41,610 nucleotides of DNA from a virus (IMGVR_UViG_2537561977_000020), one strand, 5' to 3'. Counted from the stretch's first letter, positions 7,137 through 16,201 are shown. Notes: a model not told the origin generated them from the sequence alone. Numbers and translations are program-made.

Positions 7137-10059
7137 TCTTTCCGGTATCTGTAAGATTCGAATCCTCCGGCGTTTAGTGGAATGCTCGTGGCCCAGTCAG
7201 GAACGGTTGCCAGTAACTGGCTGACATGTTCTGCTGAGTAATCGGGTGAGTCAGGGGCCTCACTTATAATTTCATCGTGTACCGTCAGCACAATGCTGTA
7301 ACCGGCATCTTCGATAAGCGGCATGTTTCCGGCCAGAACGTCGCGGGCGGCCGCCTGGGTGACGTTCTCCACCAGCTTTCCGCCGTAGGTTTTGAGTCGT
7401 TGCCATTTACGCGAATAAGAGTTAACACCCATATAGGTGATATTCCCTTTTTCGATAACCGGAGACGGGTAGCATACAGCGCGTCCGGATGGTAGCTGTA
7501 TGCGCAGCCACGCGCCATCGCGGCGGATTTTAAGATAACCGCAATACAATGTTTTTTGCGGTGTGGCGATTGCAGTGCGGACGGTGCGCTCCAGTTCGTA
7601 CCAGAAATCGCAGGTCGCCGGGTGCGCCCTGCGCCAGAGACGTTTAAGTGAGTCGCAGGCGATAAATACCCGTTCAGAAAGGCCGTAGGTTGACTTACGT
7701 TTAACCGATTCGTAGTACCAGCTTTTCGCCTCGCGGATAACATCGCGGGGAATGTTTGGCAGTGCGGCGTTCGCCAGCTCGTCGAGATCGAGACTGTAAA
7801 CCAGTGCAAAAGTGATGAAGGCCGACACACCACCACCGTACCCGCAGTTGTGAACGATTAAATGTCCTGAGTCGGTTTTAATCGTGAATCTGTTTCGAGG
7901 CCCCGCATGTGCAATGTCGTAAACATCGCTCCAGCTCGTCGATACGTTTTTGCAGGTCTGCGATTTTTCTTCTGTTGCGGTTATTGTCTGCTTTGGAGAC
8001 GAACTGGATATTACCCGGTTCGTAGCCTTTGTTATTGTCGATGCGATCCATTTCCAACTTTGGGTCATTAAACCCTTTGATTTCCCTGACGTGTAGCAAA
8101 AAAGCTCTTTTATCTTCCTGCCATAGCTGACAAACGTAGATCCCCCGACCGCCGTAGTTGTGAAACAACCTGTTGGTGGGTTTATGGCAACGGCTGATTG
8201 CGGCAGACAATCGGTTAAGTAGCCTGCGACGGGTTTCGTCATCTGCAATAGCATCCGCATAGCATAAGAATTTTTTACGATACTCGTTATGCTTTTTCTT
8301 TGCGCAAATGTTACATCGGGTACTTTTTCCTTTAAGGAGATTGCTGATTGTTGCGGTGTGAGGCATTGCACCACATTTGCATTTGACAAGTATCCTTCGG
8401 TCTTTTCCGGGTACTTTTTCCAGTTCTTTGATAACGGTAAGTTCTCCGAAGCAAGTTCCAGGCTTTGGTGAAGCGTATTTTTGTTTAAAGCGATAAGGTT
8501 TGCCAGCTTCCATCCAGTAGGGGTTAGCACCTGGTGATCCGGGGTCATTTTTGCTCCGTCCAGTGATATTAAGGCTTTGTACCCCCTGTAAATCAGTCCT
8601 TCGTGTTTTACCCATTCTTCTCCGTCCCATAACAAATCCGCGCCCGAAATACTAACAAGCGGCTTATAGCCTTTATCGGTGAGCACTAAAGTATCCGGAG
8701 CTATGCAAGCCAATTCCAGCACTTTACCTATCTGGCGCTGGTCTTTGGTGACGCGCTCAACTTCAATTCCGTAAGCTTTTGCATACGCCAGTTTATATAA
8801 GTCCGGACCCGCTCCGGCGTCGTACTCTCTGAATGCATTCAGTTTCCATTCTTCTCCCGCCAGCCATGCCAGCATACGGCCTTCAATGTTCGACAAGTCA
8901 CTTACCACCAGTTTTTACCTGTTGGCGCGATAATGCAGCCACGTAACGCTGAACTGGTTAGTTCCATGATATTGTCAAACAGCAGGTCTGCACATCCGGC
9001 TTTCAGTGCTTCGATGCCTTCGTCTATTTGTTCCTGTTTTAGTGAAGGGCGGGGAAGATTCTGGGGCTGGAATAGCCGTCCGGCCCAGCGCCCGGTACGT
9101 GACGCCCCGCAGAACTGTAGCGTACCGCGTAAGCGCCCGTCGTGGCTTACGCCTTTCATCAGTGCCTTGTATTTACTGGTGCTGGTAGTACTGGCTTGCT
9201 GGCGGATAGCCAGCAGTTCTTTCACGGCAGATGGTAAATCGGGGTCGGCTATACGACGTTCCAGGGTACTGCGTTGCATGTCTGGTAGCTCCACACCGTA
9301 GGATTCAACGATGTGCTTAATCAACGCGTCCCGTTGTGTGGCTGCCTGCACTTCGCCATCAGTCATTTCCTGTGTACGCTTTGCCAGGCGCTTTTGCTCC
9401 TGGTCTACCGCTTCGATCGCAGCGCGCGCGAGTTGAATGTCCATGCAGACGCCCCGGTCGTTGATCTGCTGATCACGATGCCAGAGCGCCAGTTCTGTCC
9501 CCTGATAATTCCACTTCGGCAGACGTTTATAGACTTCGCGCATTGCCTCGATATCCAGCCCGGCGTAAGCAACAAAGCGCCGCCATTCTTCCGGGTGGGT
9601 TTTACTGGTGGCCCGACGCAGTTTGCTGTTTTTCGGGCGTGGCTTACAGAACAGCTGGATCAGCGCTTTACCTTCTTTGTCCTTCGCTTTGTCTTGCGGG
9701 ACGCCGAGTATTTCGCAGAGTTCCCCCAGAGACCCCGGGAGGCCGTGCGCCAGCGCCTGCACCATTGTGTCGCGCCAACGTTCGACTGGCGGTGCCAGTC
9801 GCGGCATTGCATAACGCAGGACGGTGCGGTCGAAGTGAGAGTTATGAAAATAAAGCAGGGTCTCAGGGGCTGCGATTGCTTCGTATAAGCCGTGTGGAAT
9901 ACCACCACCGGCAGTGATATCCCACACGTTTACGGGCCCGTCGTTGATAGCCCATGCGAACAGCATCACTTCAACGCCTTCGGCATACGCATGGGTACCG
10001 TTCGTAATAGGGATTTCGCAATAGGTTTCCAGGTCGCCCCATAGAATGTTTTCAGACAA
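7133..10059 (-). CDS. family A DNA polymerase (3'-5' exo + pol), frame-broken and intein-containing
   Basis: Exo motifs [33 protein letters not shown]; pol motifs [26 protein letters not shown] (motif A), [10 protein letters not shown]|CGYGGG (motif B split), LTVHDEI (motif C). Two track ORFs (8902..10059, 7133..8908) joined by -1 shift at T5 run 8912-8916. TTG start 10059 with GGAGGA upstream. Confidence 0.7.
7847..8707 (-). mobile_element. intein inserted in DNA polymerase motif B
   Basis: Begins Cys after KVLELA (CIAPDTLVL...), block B TPDHQVLT, ends ...HLIVHN followed by +1 Cys (CGYGGG); 287 codons. Confidence 0.6.
7878..8630 (-). CDS. HNH homing endonuclease ORF nested in the intein, different frame from Hint blocks
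   Basis: [12 protein letters not shown]...[28 protein letters not shown] plus Cys-rich N-region (CKCG...RCNIC); recognisable domain from about 8513 (MEAGKPYRF); frame is -1 relative to intein splicing blocks. Confidence 0.55.
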   Translation of the reverse strand: MGRRRMGKTRRTDLQGVQSLNITGRSKNDPGSPGANPYWMEAGKPYRFKQKYASPKPGTCFGELTVIKELEKVPGKDRRILVKCKCGAMPHTATISNLLKGKSTRCNICAKKKHNEYRKKFLCYADAIADDETRRRLLNRLSAAISRCHKPTNRLFHNYGGRGIYVCQLWQEDKRAFLLHVREIKGFNDPKLEMDRIDNNKGYEPGNIQFVSKADNNRNRRKIADLQKRIDELERCLRHCTCGASKQIHD

Positions 10060-10089
10060 GACAGGGTCCTCCGTGGACTAAACGGTGAC

Positions 10090-10114
10090 AAAAAGCCCCT
10101 GGCTGAGCAGGGGC
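10090..10114 (-). terminator. intrinsic terminator after antirepressor cassette 2
   Basis: Minus-strand hairpin GCCCCUG-CUCAGCC-AGGGGC then U5; paralogous to 5854..5878. Confidence 0.6.
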
Positions 10115-10125
10115 GGATTGAATGA

Positions 10126-10899
10126 TTAACGAGGTAAAGTGGGTGGAATATATCTGCCGATGCGGTCTTCTATGGTCGGCAGAGCACACATGCTGTCGCT
10201 GAAGCGATCATGCAACTGGTAAACCAGTTTCGAATCCATTTTTTCGAGGGCAGGCATTAACTGCGAGCGCCAGATTTCATTGATGCGCCGGAAGTTATGA
10301 CAGATGGCGCGGAGATTGTTGATGAACATTTCCTTCTCTGCGTCATTGATTGCTGTCTGCACTTTCTGAATACGCTTTGTGCTGCCGTTCCGGTAAAAGT
10401 CCTTCTGCGCAGCGACAGCCTCATCCACGGTTGGATAGCACCCGACGTAAACGTTCTTCTCTCCGTTCCATGCGTAGGCTCTGTACGGGTTGTATTTGCT
10501 ACTGTGGTGGTAAACCATTTTCGGCAGACACTCCCTGTGCGGCGCCAGTACCGTGGAGGACTGCGGAATAGCGGTTTCTTTCTCTATAAGATCAAGCACC
10601 CAACGGCGAAATTCTTTTGCTACTGGCGTTGTTGCGAACATCGCTACCAGGTGAGCACCGCGTAGAGAGAAAATGCGGTTATTCATTTGGACGGAGCCGG
10701 TTTTCCTAACGACCGTCAATTTGACGGTCGTTGTCATTTCAACTGAAAACTCATCCCGATTACGGTCATAAATACGAGCGACTGAGTCCGTTCGTGAGTA
10801 TTCCAGCGCGGTCGCCAGAGTGGCAGCGGTGAACCAAGATTTGCCGTTATGTTCGATCGTTTCGAGAATGTGGGATTTGAATACGAGTTGGGTACTCAT
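10126..10899 (-). CDS. Bro-N/KilA-C type antirepressor-like protein
   Basis: Probable start MSTQLVFKSH at 10899 (track ORF extends to 11064 through the leader); Bro-N-like N-domain; C-terminal domain paralogous to 5890..6654. Confidence 0.55.
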   Translation of the reverse strand: MSTQLVFKSHILETIEHNGKSWFTAATLATALEYSRTDSVARIYDRNRDEFSVEMTTTVKLTVVRKTGSVQMNNRIFSLRGAHLVAMFATTPVAKEFRRWVLDLIEKETAIPQSSTVLAPHRECLPKMVYHHSSKYNPYRAYAWNGEKNVYVGCYPTVDEAVAAQKDFYRNGSTKRIQKVQTAINDAEKEMFINNLRAICHNFRRINEIWRSQLMPALEKMDSKLVYQLHDRFSDSMCALPTIEDRIGRYIPPTLPR

Positions 10900-10937
10900 G
10901 GTTTTATGCCCTAGTAGATATTTTGAATTTACCCTTT

Positions 10938-11016
10938 TTGAGAGGGTGGTCGGGCGCTCAAAACCGCTACTAGTCGGCGGGCGTATTTCCCTTCGGAAGG
11001 GTGTTGTATTAGCCGC
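10938..11016 (-). promoter_or_regulatory. structured leader element, cassette 2
   Basis: GGTCGGGCG (10938-10946) / CGCCCGACC (11008-11016) enclosing 61 nt with CCCUUCGGAAGGG hairpin; arms covary with cassette 1. Confidence 0.45.
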
Positions 11017-11120
11017 ACGCCCGACCATTGAATTCTCAATATCATGGACATAAAAAATCCGCATGACTGACGGGCGCGGTTTCCGCTAGTAGAAAAGGTG
11101 TTTTGAGCACCATGAAGCGG

Positions 11121-11150
11121 AATATACCCATTGGTTATCGCGGATGTCAA
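11121..11150 (-). promoter_or_regulatory. sigma70-like promoter of antirepressor cassette 2
   Basis: Minus strand TTGACA (11150-11145), 18-bp spacer, TATATT (11126-11121). Confidence 0.55.
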
Positions 11151-11184
11151 TGTATGCTTTTGCAAAAGGTTGTCATCCCCTTTG

Positions 11185-11210
11185 CAAAAACACCCGGCGT
11201 GTAACCGGGC
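11185..11210 (-). terminator. intrinsic terminator after SSB gene
   Basis: Minus-strand hairpin CCCGG-UUACACG-CCGGG then UGUUUUUG. Confidence 0.5.
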
Positions 11211-11225
11211 GTCTATGAAGAAGGG

Positions 11226-11773
11226 TTAAATTAGTGCTTCAGCATCAGCACTTTCGCTGATATCGTCGAAATCGTCAGCGCTTGCCACTCCGCCGCCAGC
11301 GAATGCATCGCCGTCTCGCAGGAACTGGACTCCGCCGAGTGAGGCATTAATGCGTTTACCGAAATTATTGTCCTGTGCCCAGATATCGATAACGGCGTTT
11401 ACATAGCACCCTGCATAGGGACGTCCATCAGCCTGAATTAGTGGCGAACGATCGCGATCAAGAACAGCTGGGCGCGCTTTGTTAGCAGCGTTCAGGAAGA
11501 AATTGCCGGGAAAGCCTTCATACTCTGCTTTTTCATCACCATCATGCAGGCACAGATTGAGTTTTTCTCCAGCTGGTTATAAATGGACTCCAACTTCTCC
11601 CCCCATTTTTCCTTCGCTACCTGCTTCATAGCTTTACGGATTTCTTCCAGTTGTGGGTGTTTGGGAGACATTAAAAATACTGCGGAGAAACGCGGATCGC
11701 CTTCGCCGTTTACAGTTTTAGCTTCAAACAGAGCAGGAAAAGCTAATCTCACGTTATTTAATTTAATCTTCAT
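11226..11773 (-). CDS. DUF2815-type phage single-strand DNA-binding protein, frame-broken
   Basis: N-terminus MKIKLNNVRLAFPALFEAK; continues in -1 frame after T5 run 11562-11566 as LCLHDGDEKAEYEGFPGNFF...ending 11226; track shows only 11492..11773. Confidence 0.6.
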
Positions 11774-12285
11774 TTCAAAACTCCTATAAATTCTATGGAT
11801 TCTTTTTCCGCTGCTTTACGCGCAATTACAGCTTCCGCTACGGAATTAAATAGACCTAAATGTTTTTCTTTGCCGTGCAGCTTTATATAAGCTCTCCACT
11901 TATTACGGTGACGGCAAACCCCAACGGCACCGCTTTTATTATCAGAGCGTAAGGATTGGTTAATGTTATTTTCGGTAGAGGTTACAAGTCGTAGATTAGA
12001 AAGGGTGTAATTGCTCCGATTTTTGTCTATGTGATCTACCTCTAATCCCGAGGGGATACTACCGTTATGCATAACCCAGACGATGCGATGTAACAACATT
12101 TTCCGACCGTTTACACTTACGTGATAATACCCGTCCGGCCTTATATGTCCCGCTTGCTTATCTGCATATTTAGCATTCCAGGACAAATAGTCTCGCCGGG
12201 TTTTAAAATGGGTGAGCGGACGATATTTCCATATTAAAACGCCATTGTGATACCGGAAGCATTCATTTAAATATTCTTGATCCAA
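11770..12285 (-). CDS. HNH homing endonuclease (HNH + AP2-like DNA-binding domain)
   Basis: EVDHIDKNRSNYTLSNLRLVTSTEN and SGAVGVCRHRNKWRAYIKLHGKEKHLGLF. Confidence 0.65.
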   Translation of the reverse strand: MDQEYLNECFRYHNGVLIWKYRPLTHFKTRRDYLSWNAKYADKQAGHIRPDGYYHVSVNGRKMLLHRIVWVMHNGSIPSGLEVDHIDKNRSNYTLSNLRLVTSTENNINQSLRSDNKSGAVGVCRHRNKWRAYIKLHGKEKHLGLFNSVAEAVIARKAAEKESIEFIGVLK

Positions 12286-12299
12286 ATAACCTCCTTAAA

Positions 12300-13601
12300 T
12301 CAGATGAGGTCTGCGGTTAGCGTATCGTCGGATACGTCGTCGAAATCATTTACAGGGTTGATATTGAGTGCGGGGTGTGGGTCTGACTCGGGAACGACGG
12401 TGGGTTTACCATCAGCTCGTGTTATCAGTGCCTCGACTTTTGACCAACGGCGCGGACTGGCCTTTTTGATAAGTTTTTCGGCTTTTGTGGGACTAATAAG
12501 TTTAAAGTCGAATACTTCTTCAGTTTTGTACCTGAACTGGTCCTTCAGAAGTGCGCGAGCTGCCTCTTCATCACTCCAGGCCCGGTTACCTTGTTTTCCT
12601 GTTACCAGTTTAAACCCCGGTACCGGATGTCCGGCATTGAGTTCATTGTGAACCCGGTCCCGTACTGCCTTTAGCCAGGATTCAATAAAGTCGGCCTGAC
12701 TATAGATCTCCGCAAGCTGCTCAATGGTTAACAGAGGTACACGTGCGCTGGCATTGGTGATTATTTCGCTGACAGGCTTTGTCAGATCTTCAAAATCGCT
12801 GGCCGCTGTTTGTAAATGCTGCATTTTCTGGGCAGTGCAAATAGCTTTTGCTTTACAGAAGCGGCACTGTTTTTCTCCAGGTATGAAGTTTTCCAGCGGT
12901 AGTGTCTCAATGCCTTCGCATTCAGCAATATTGAGAACAAGGATCGCACTGGTTGCGGCCTCCAGCGCCCGTTCACCGAAAGACTGAAGTTCCTGTACGG
13001 TTAACGACCATTCTGAAACGTGGTTGAGCCTTGGCTGGTGAATAAATAATCTTACAGTTTCAAAGTCATACAGCATGCTGAATTGTTCAAGCGCACCCAG
13101 AGCATATAGTTGTAGTTGCTCATTTTGTTCTGCATCAATGCGGACGCCTTTGCCATATTTCAGGTCGTGGATTTGTAATTCGTTACCAGCGATGATTATG
13201 CCGTCGGCAGTTCCGAAAGATTCTTCCACCCCCGTTATATGTGAGAAATCAACACGTTGTTCAACCAATAGTTCATTATTCTGTGCAAGAGTCCAGACCG
13301 TATCAACATACCGGCCAACGGCTTCGACCATTTCATCATCCACCTGTGGGCCAGATGTATCATCAGGATTTTCGCGAAGGGGGTATGAGCCGAGAAACAT
13401 AGAAACATTGCATCCGGCGTAGTGTTCCGGGTGGCTTTGCCTGTTTCGTAGAACTTTTTCAGCAAGTGCGTGCGCTGCAGTGCCCTCGATTGCAAAAGTT
13501 GTTTCTTTATCCGGTTGTGTGGCCTCCAGCGCCAGACTACCCGCACACCTTAGCCAACGATGTGCAGATGATGGTGATAATCGTGCATGAACATCAGGCA
13601 T
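12300..13601 (-). CDS. DUF2800-type PD-(D/E)XK nuclease
   Basis: N-terminal [16 protein letters not shown] and C-terminal Cys cluster [10 protein letters not shown], recalled for DUF2800 proteins that accompany DUF2815 and PolA in phage replication modules. Confidence 0.6.
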   Translation of the reverse strand: MPDVHARLSPSSAHRWLRCAGSLALEATQPDKETTFAIEGTAAHALAEKVLRNRQSHPEHYAGCNVSMFLGSYPLRENPDDTSGPQVDDEMVEAVGRYVDTVWTLAQNNELLVEQRVDFSHITGVEESFGTADGIIIAGNELQIHDLKYGKGVRIDAEQNEQLQLYALGALEQFSMLYDFETVRLFIHQPRLNHVSEWSLTVQELQSFGERALEAATSAILVLNIAECEGIETLPLENFIPGEKQCRFCKAKAICTAQKMQHLQTAASDFEDLTKPVSEIITNASARVPLLTIEQLAEIYSQADFIESWLKAVRDRVHNELNAGHPVPGFKLVTGKQGNRAWSDEEAARALLKDQFRYKTEEVFDFKLISPTKAEKLIKKASPRRWSKVEALITRADGKPTVVPESDPHPALNINPVNDFDDVSDDTLTADLI

Positions 13602-14112
13602 TCATGACCTCCTGAATGTGTTTTCGCCGCGCAGCCGCTGCGAGTTGTTTGGTGGGGAAATGACCGAGAGATTTGAATTTGCCGTTTACTCGTCCGTAGG
13701 CCTGCCACGGTTTTTTCTTACCTTCGCTGAACCGAACGCCAACCACTCCAGATTTATTTTTTCTGGTGTGAGAGTTAGCCCTGTTTTGTGAAAGAGAGGC
13801 CCAGCGAAGATTTACCGCCCGGTTGTCATCTCGACGACCGTTAATGTGGTCAACTTCAGGGGCAGATCCGGGAATAAATGCTGCGGCAACGAGACGGTGT
13901 ATTTTGACGGTTACCTTTTTACCCGCTTTCCATAAGTCGGTGATTAGATATCCGTCTGTGTCATAGCGTGGTTTTAGTGACTTACCTTTAATGGGATAGG
14001 TGCAGCCAGAACCTTTGTTTAATACAGTTCTGTCGAGGCTTCTCAGGTTGCCAGCGTCTGAAATCTGGTAAATGCCTTCAAAGCCTGAAATATCCTTCCA
14101 GGCTTCCGGCAT
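13594..14112 (-). CDS. HNH homing endonuclease (NUMOD4 + HNH + AP2-like)
   Basis: [79 protein letters not shown]. Confidence 0.65.
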   Translation of the reverse strand: MPEAWKDISGFEGIYQISDAGNLRSLDRTVLNKGSGCTYPIKGKSLKPRYDTDGYLITDLWKAGKKVTVKIHRLVAAAFIPGSAPEVDHINGRRDDNRAVNLRWASLSQNRANSHTRKNKSGVVGVRFSEGKKKPWQAYGRVNGKFKSLGHFPTKQLAAAARRKHIQEVMNA

Positions 14113-14114
14113 GA

Positions 14115-15017
14115 TTAACCCTCCAGTGCTTTTTCAGCCAGGGTGATTACTTCAGCGAGATTTTCATCCGTTACTTCACCAAGTTTCCTGGCTCCCTGTT
14201 TTTCCAGAATTGCAATAGCTTCTGCCCGGTAGCCCCCTTTTGCTAACTGGAGGATCAACCCTTCAGCTTGTTTGCGTAGTGCCGCGAAATCAATTGTATG
14301 GTCATCTTTGGCGTCATTATTCTGGCTGGAATTTGCTGCGTCTCTGCGTGCAAATTCTTCCTGCAGCTGAAGGTACTCAACACGGTTGATCTCGATATGG
14401 CCTTTTTTCAGCATCTCGTTCAACTTGCGTAAGGTGTGGAGTTCACTGGCTGCTGTGCCGGATACATTTTTGACGTAAAACGGCCCCGTGCGTTCTCCAT
14501 CTTTGTTACTGGCCTTTTTCGGTTTAACTTCATCACGCCCATCCGCAGGTGCATCAAGTAGCTGCTCGGCAAAAGCACGTCGCTCGCCGATGGTTGGCAG
14601 GTCGTCCCAGAACTTAAGGATGTTACGGGACAGGTCCAGGAGAGCAGGTTTAAGCAGCGCCCTGGCTCGTTTGACGCCCTGTAATGCGCTGTCGAGAGCA
14701 TCAATCTGAACTACTCGTTTATCGCCTTCAGCATCACGGTAGGCAACAGCACGTTGCAGCATGTCTTCTGTGATAGGGGTGGCTACCGGGTAGAAACCAG
14801 CCAGTGCGATAACGTCGCTGAACTCCAGATCATCCAGTGTCATTGCCGCTGACATGTTTTCAGCTTCAGTTGCTGTATCCCGACATTCCTGCACTCGTGA
14901 AATCGTGTCAGGATGCATAACAATACCTGATGCCATTGTGCGGATAAGACGTTCAAGCAGCGCATTATGTTGTGCCAGAAGTTGATTATTAAGTTCTAGA
15001 CTGGTTTCTAAACTCAT
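14115..15017 (-). CDS. hypothetical protein (300 aa)
   Basis: Long ORF tightly packed in operon; no family recognised. Confidence 0.4.
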   Translation of the reverse strand: MSLETSLELNNQLLAQHNALLERLIRTMASGIVMHPDTISRVQECRDTATEAENMSAAMTLDDLEFSDVIALAGFYPVATPITEDMLQRAVAYRDAEGDKRVVQIDALDSALQGVKRARALLKPALLDLSRNILKFWDDLPTIGERRAFAEQLLDAPADGRDEVKPKKASNKDGERTGPFYVKNVSGTAASELHTLRKLNEMLKKGHIEINRVEYLQLQEEFARRDAANSSQNNDAKDDHTIDFAALRKQAEGLILQLAKGGYRAEAIAILEKQGARKLGEVTDENLAEVITLAEKALEG

Positions 15018-15196
15018 ACTGTGGTCCTCGCTACAAGGAGAATGAAAGTGATGATCAGACCGAGCGCAGTGGCAACGGCCAGACCGGTCATCAAATCGAA
15101 GTTTTTACGGCGATAACGGAGAACATCGCGCCCCGTCAGTCGATGGAGGTATTCAGGTTTCATCGGTTGTATTCCTTTTTTCATATCGGGGAGCAC
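15014..15196 (-). CDS. small hypothetical membrane protein
   Basis: 60-aa ORF with hydrophobic C-terminal segment LAVATALGLIITFILLV; first ORF after PL-side terminator. Confidence 0.3.
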   Translation of the reverse strand: MLPDMKKGIQPMKPEYLHRLTGRDVLRYRRKNFDLMTGLAVATALGLIITFILLVARTTV

Positions 15197-15222
15197 GCTG
15201 TTGCGAGTGCGCTTTCAGACAT

Positions 15223-15248
15223 AAAAAAGCCCGTCACTTGCGGCGGGC
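15223..15248 (-). terminator. intrinsic terminator (tL-like) upstream of early-left genes
   Basis: Minus-strand hairpin GCCCG-CCGCAAGUGA-CGGGC then U6. Confidence 0.5.
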
Positions 15249-15322
15249 AAAGACTACACACAGCAATTACATGGATATCATCGAGTGCCTGCTTTTAACC
15301 ACATCAGGCGAGGTGGTTCTCC

Positions 15323-15370
15323 TTGTACCCCTACAGTGAGAAATCGTCTAATATCTCTTCACCCCTACAG
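15323..15370 (+). promoter_or_regulatory. putative promoter with direct-repeat sites upstream of ORF 15388
   Basis: TTGTAC (15323-28), 18 bp, TCTAAT (15347-52); exact 10-mer ACCCCTACAG at 15327-15336 and 15361-15370; inverted repeat around RBS. Confidence 0.35.
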
Positions 15371-15387
15371 TTTGAGAGAGATTAGAT

Positions 15388-15957
15388 ATGTCTGAAGAAA
15401 AAGGAATTCTTTCCCGGATAACTGAATCGTTATCCGGCGTGGGAGGAGCAATTAAAGGCGCGGTTGGAGCAGCAAGAGAGATTCAGAATCTGACTGTCGA
15501 CTATGCAGTTAAAGAGAAGACGCACACCTTACTCGATAAGTTAATGGATGTTCAGATGCAGCAAATGTCGCTTCAGGAGCTGCTGATTGCGGCTAAGGAG
15601 AAAATTGTTGAACTGGAAAATGAGAAAGTAAAGCAAGAGAACTGGGCCGCTGAAGCGGCGAGCTATGAACTTTACCAGCCTATGCGGGGTACTCTGGTCT
15701 ATCGCAGCAAGCTTTCTGCAGATGCTGACCAATCTCCGGTTTATATTTGTCCCAATTGCTACGAGCAAAAGAGAAAATCTATATTGCAAGCGGAAGGTCT
15801 GGTTACTAAGCCAGGCCTTGAGCGAGCCGTTAATATGGTTTGTTCGCACTGTAGGGCTTCCTATCTGTTCAACCGAAATGCTTTAGAGGCCCGACTGCCT
15901 TCTGAAGATGAAAATCCGGGGAAGGCAATCACGGATTACGATCCTTACAACCAGTAA
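15388..15957 (+). CDS. hypothetical protein with Gly-rich N-terminus, coiled coil and C-terminal zinc ribbon
   Basis: 189 aa; CPNC...CSHC Cys pairs; ATG 15388 with GAGAGAG upstream; convergent with PL transcription. Confidence 0.5.
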   Translation: MSEEKGILSRITESLSGVGGAIKGAVGAAREIQNLTVDYAVKEKTHTLLDKLMDVQMQQMSLQELLIAAKEKIVELENEKVKQENWAAEAASYELYQPMRGTLVYRSKLSADADQSPVYICPNCYEQKRKSILQAEGLVTKPGLERAVNMVCSHCRASYLFNRNALEARLPSEDENPGKAITDYDPYNQ

Positions 15958-16171
15958 TTTCTTTAAGCATGGGTACCCTTCCGGCCACCCAGAGTTAAAG
16001 GAACTAAGCGCCCCATCGTCGGGGCGTTTCAACTTGCGTGACTTATCAGTTCGTCGCGGTGTTGTCCTCTACGCTTACCGTACGCATACGGACTCGGCGC
16101 TTACCTCGATCCCATCGGGTGCCATTTCATTTTGCCAGGAGTACTGCGGCTTACCTGTCACGCGGTTCAGT

Positions 16172-16184
16172 TTGTTAAAGAGCG
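16172..16184 (-). promoter_or_regulatory. boxA-like antitermination element downstream of PL-like promoter
   Basis: Minus strand CGCUCUUUAACAA, matching rrn/lambdoid boxA consensus GCTCTTTAACAA. Confidence 0.5.
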
Positions 16185-16201
16185 ATTACTTATTGCGATT
16201 A

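Noticed and set aside
9313-9888. 191-aa plus-strand ORF (and neighbouring plus-strand ORFs 8933..9301, 9543..9917)
   Set aside because: Antisense to the well-supported DNA polymerase gene; Arg/Cys-rich low-complexity translation typical of off-frame ORFs.
15541-15849. 102-aa minus-strand ORF as a candidate N-like antiterminator
   Set aside because: Entirely antisense to ORF 15388..15957; hydrophobic and low-complexity rather than Arg-rich; most likely spurious.
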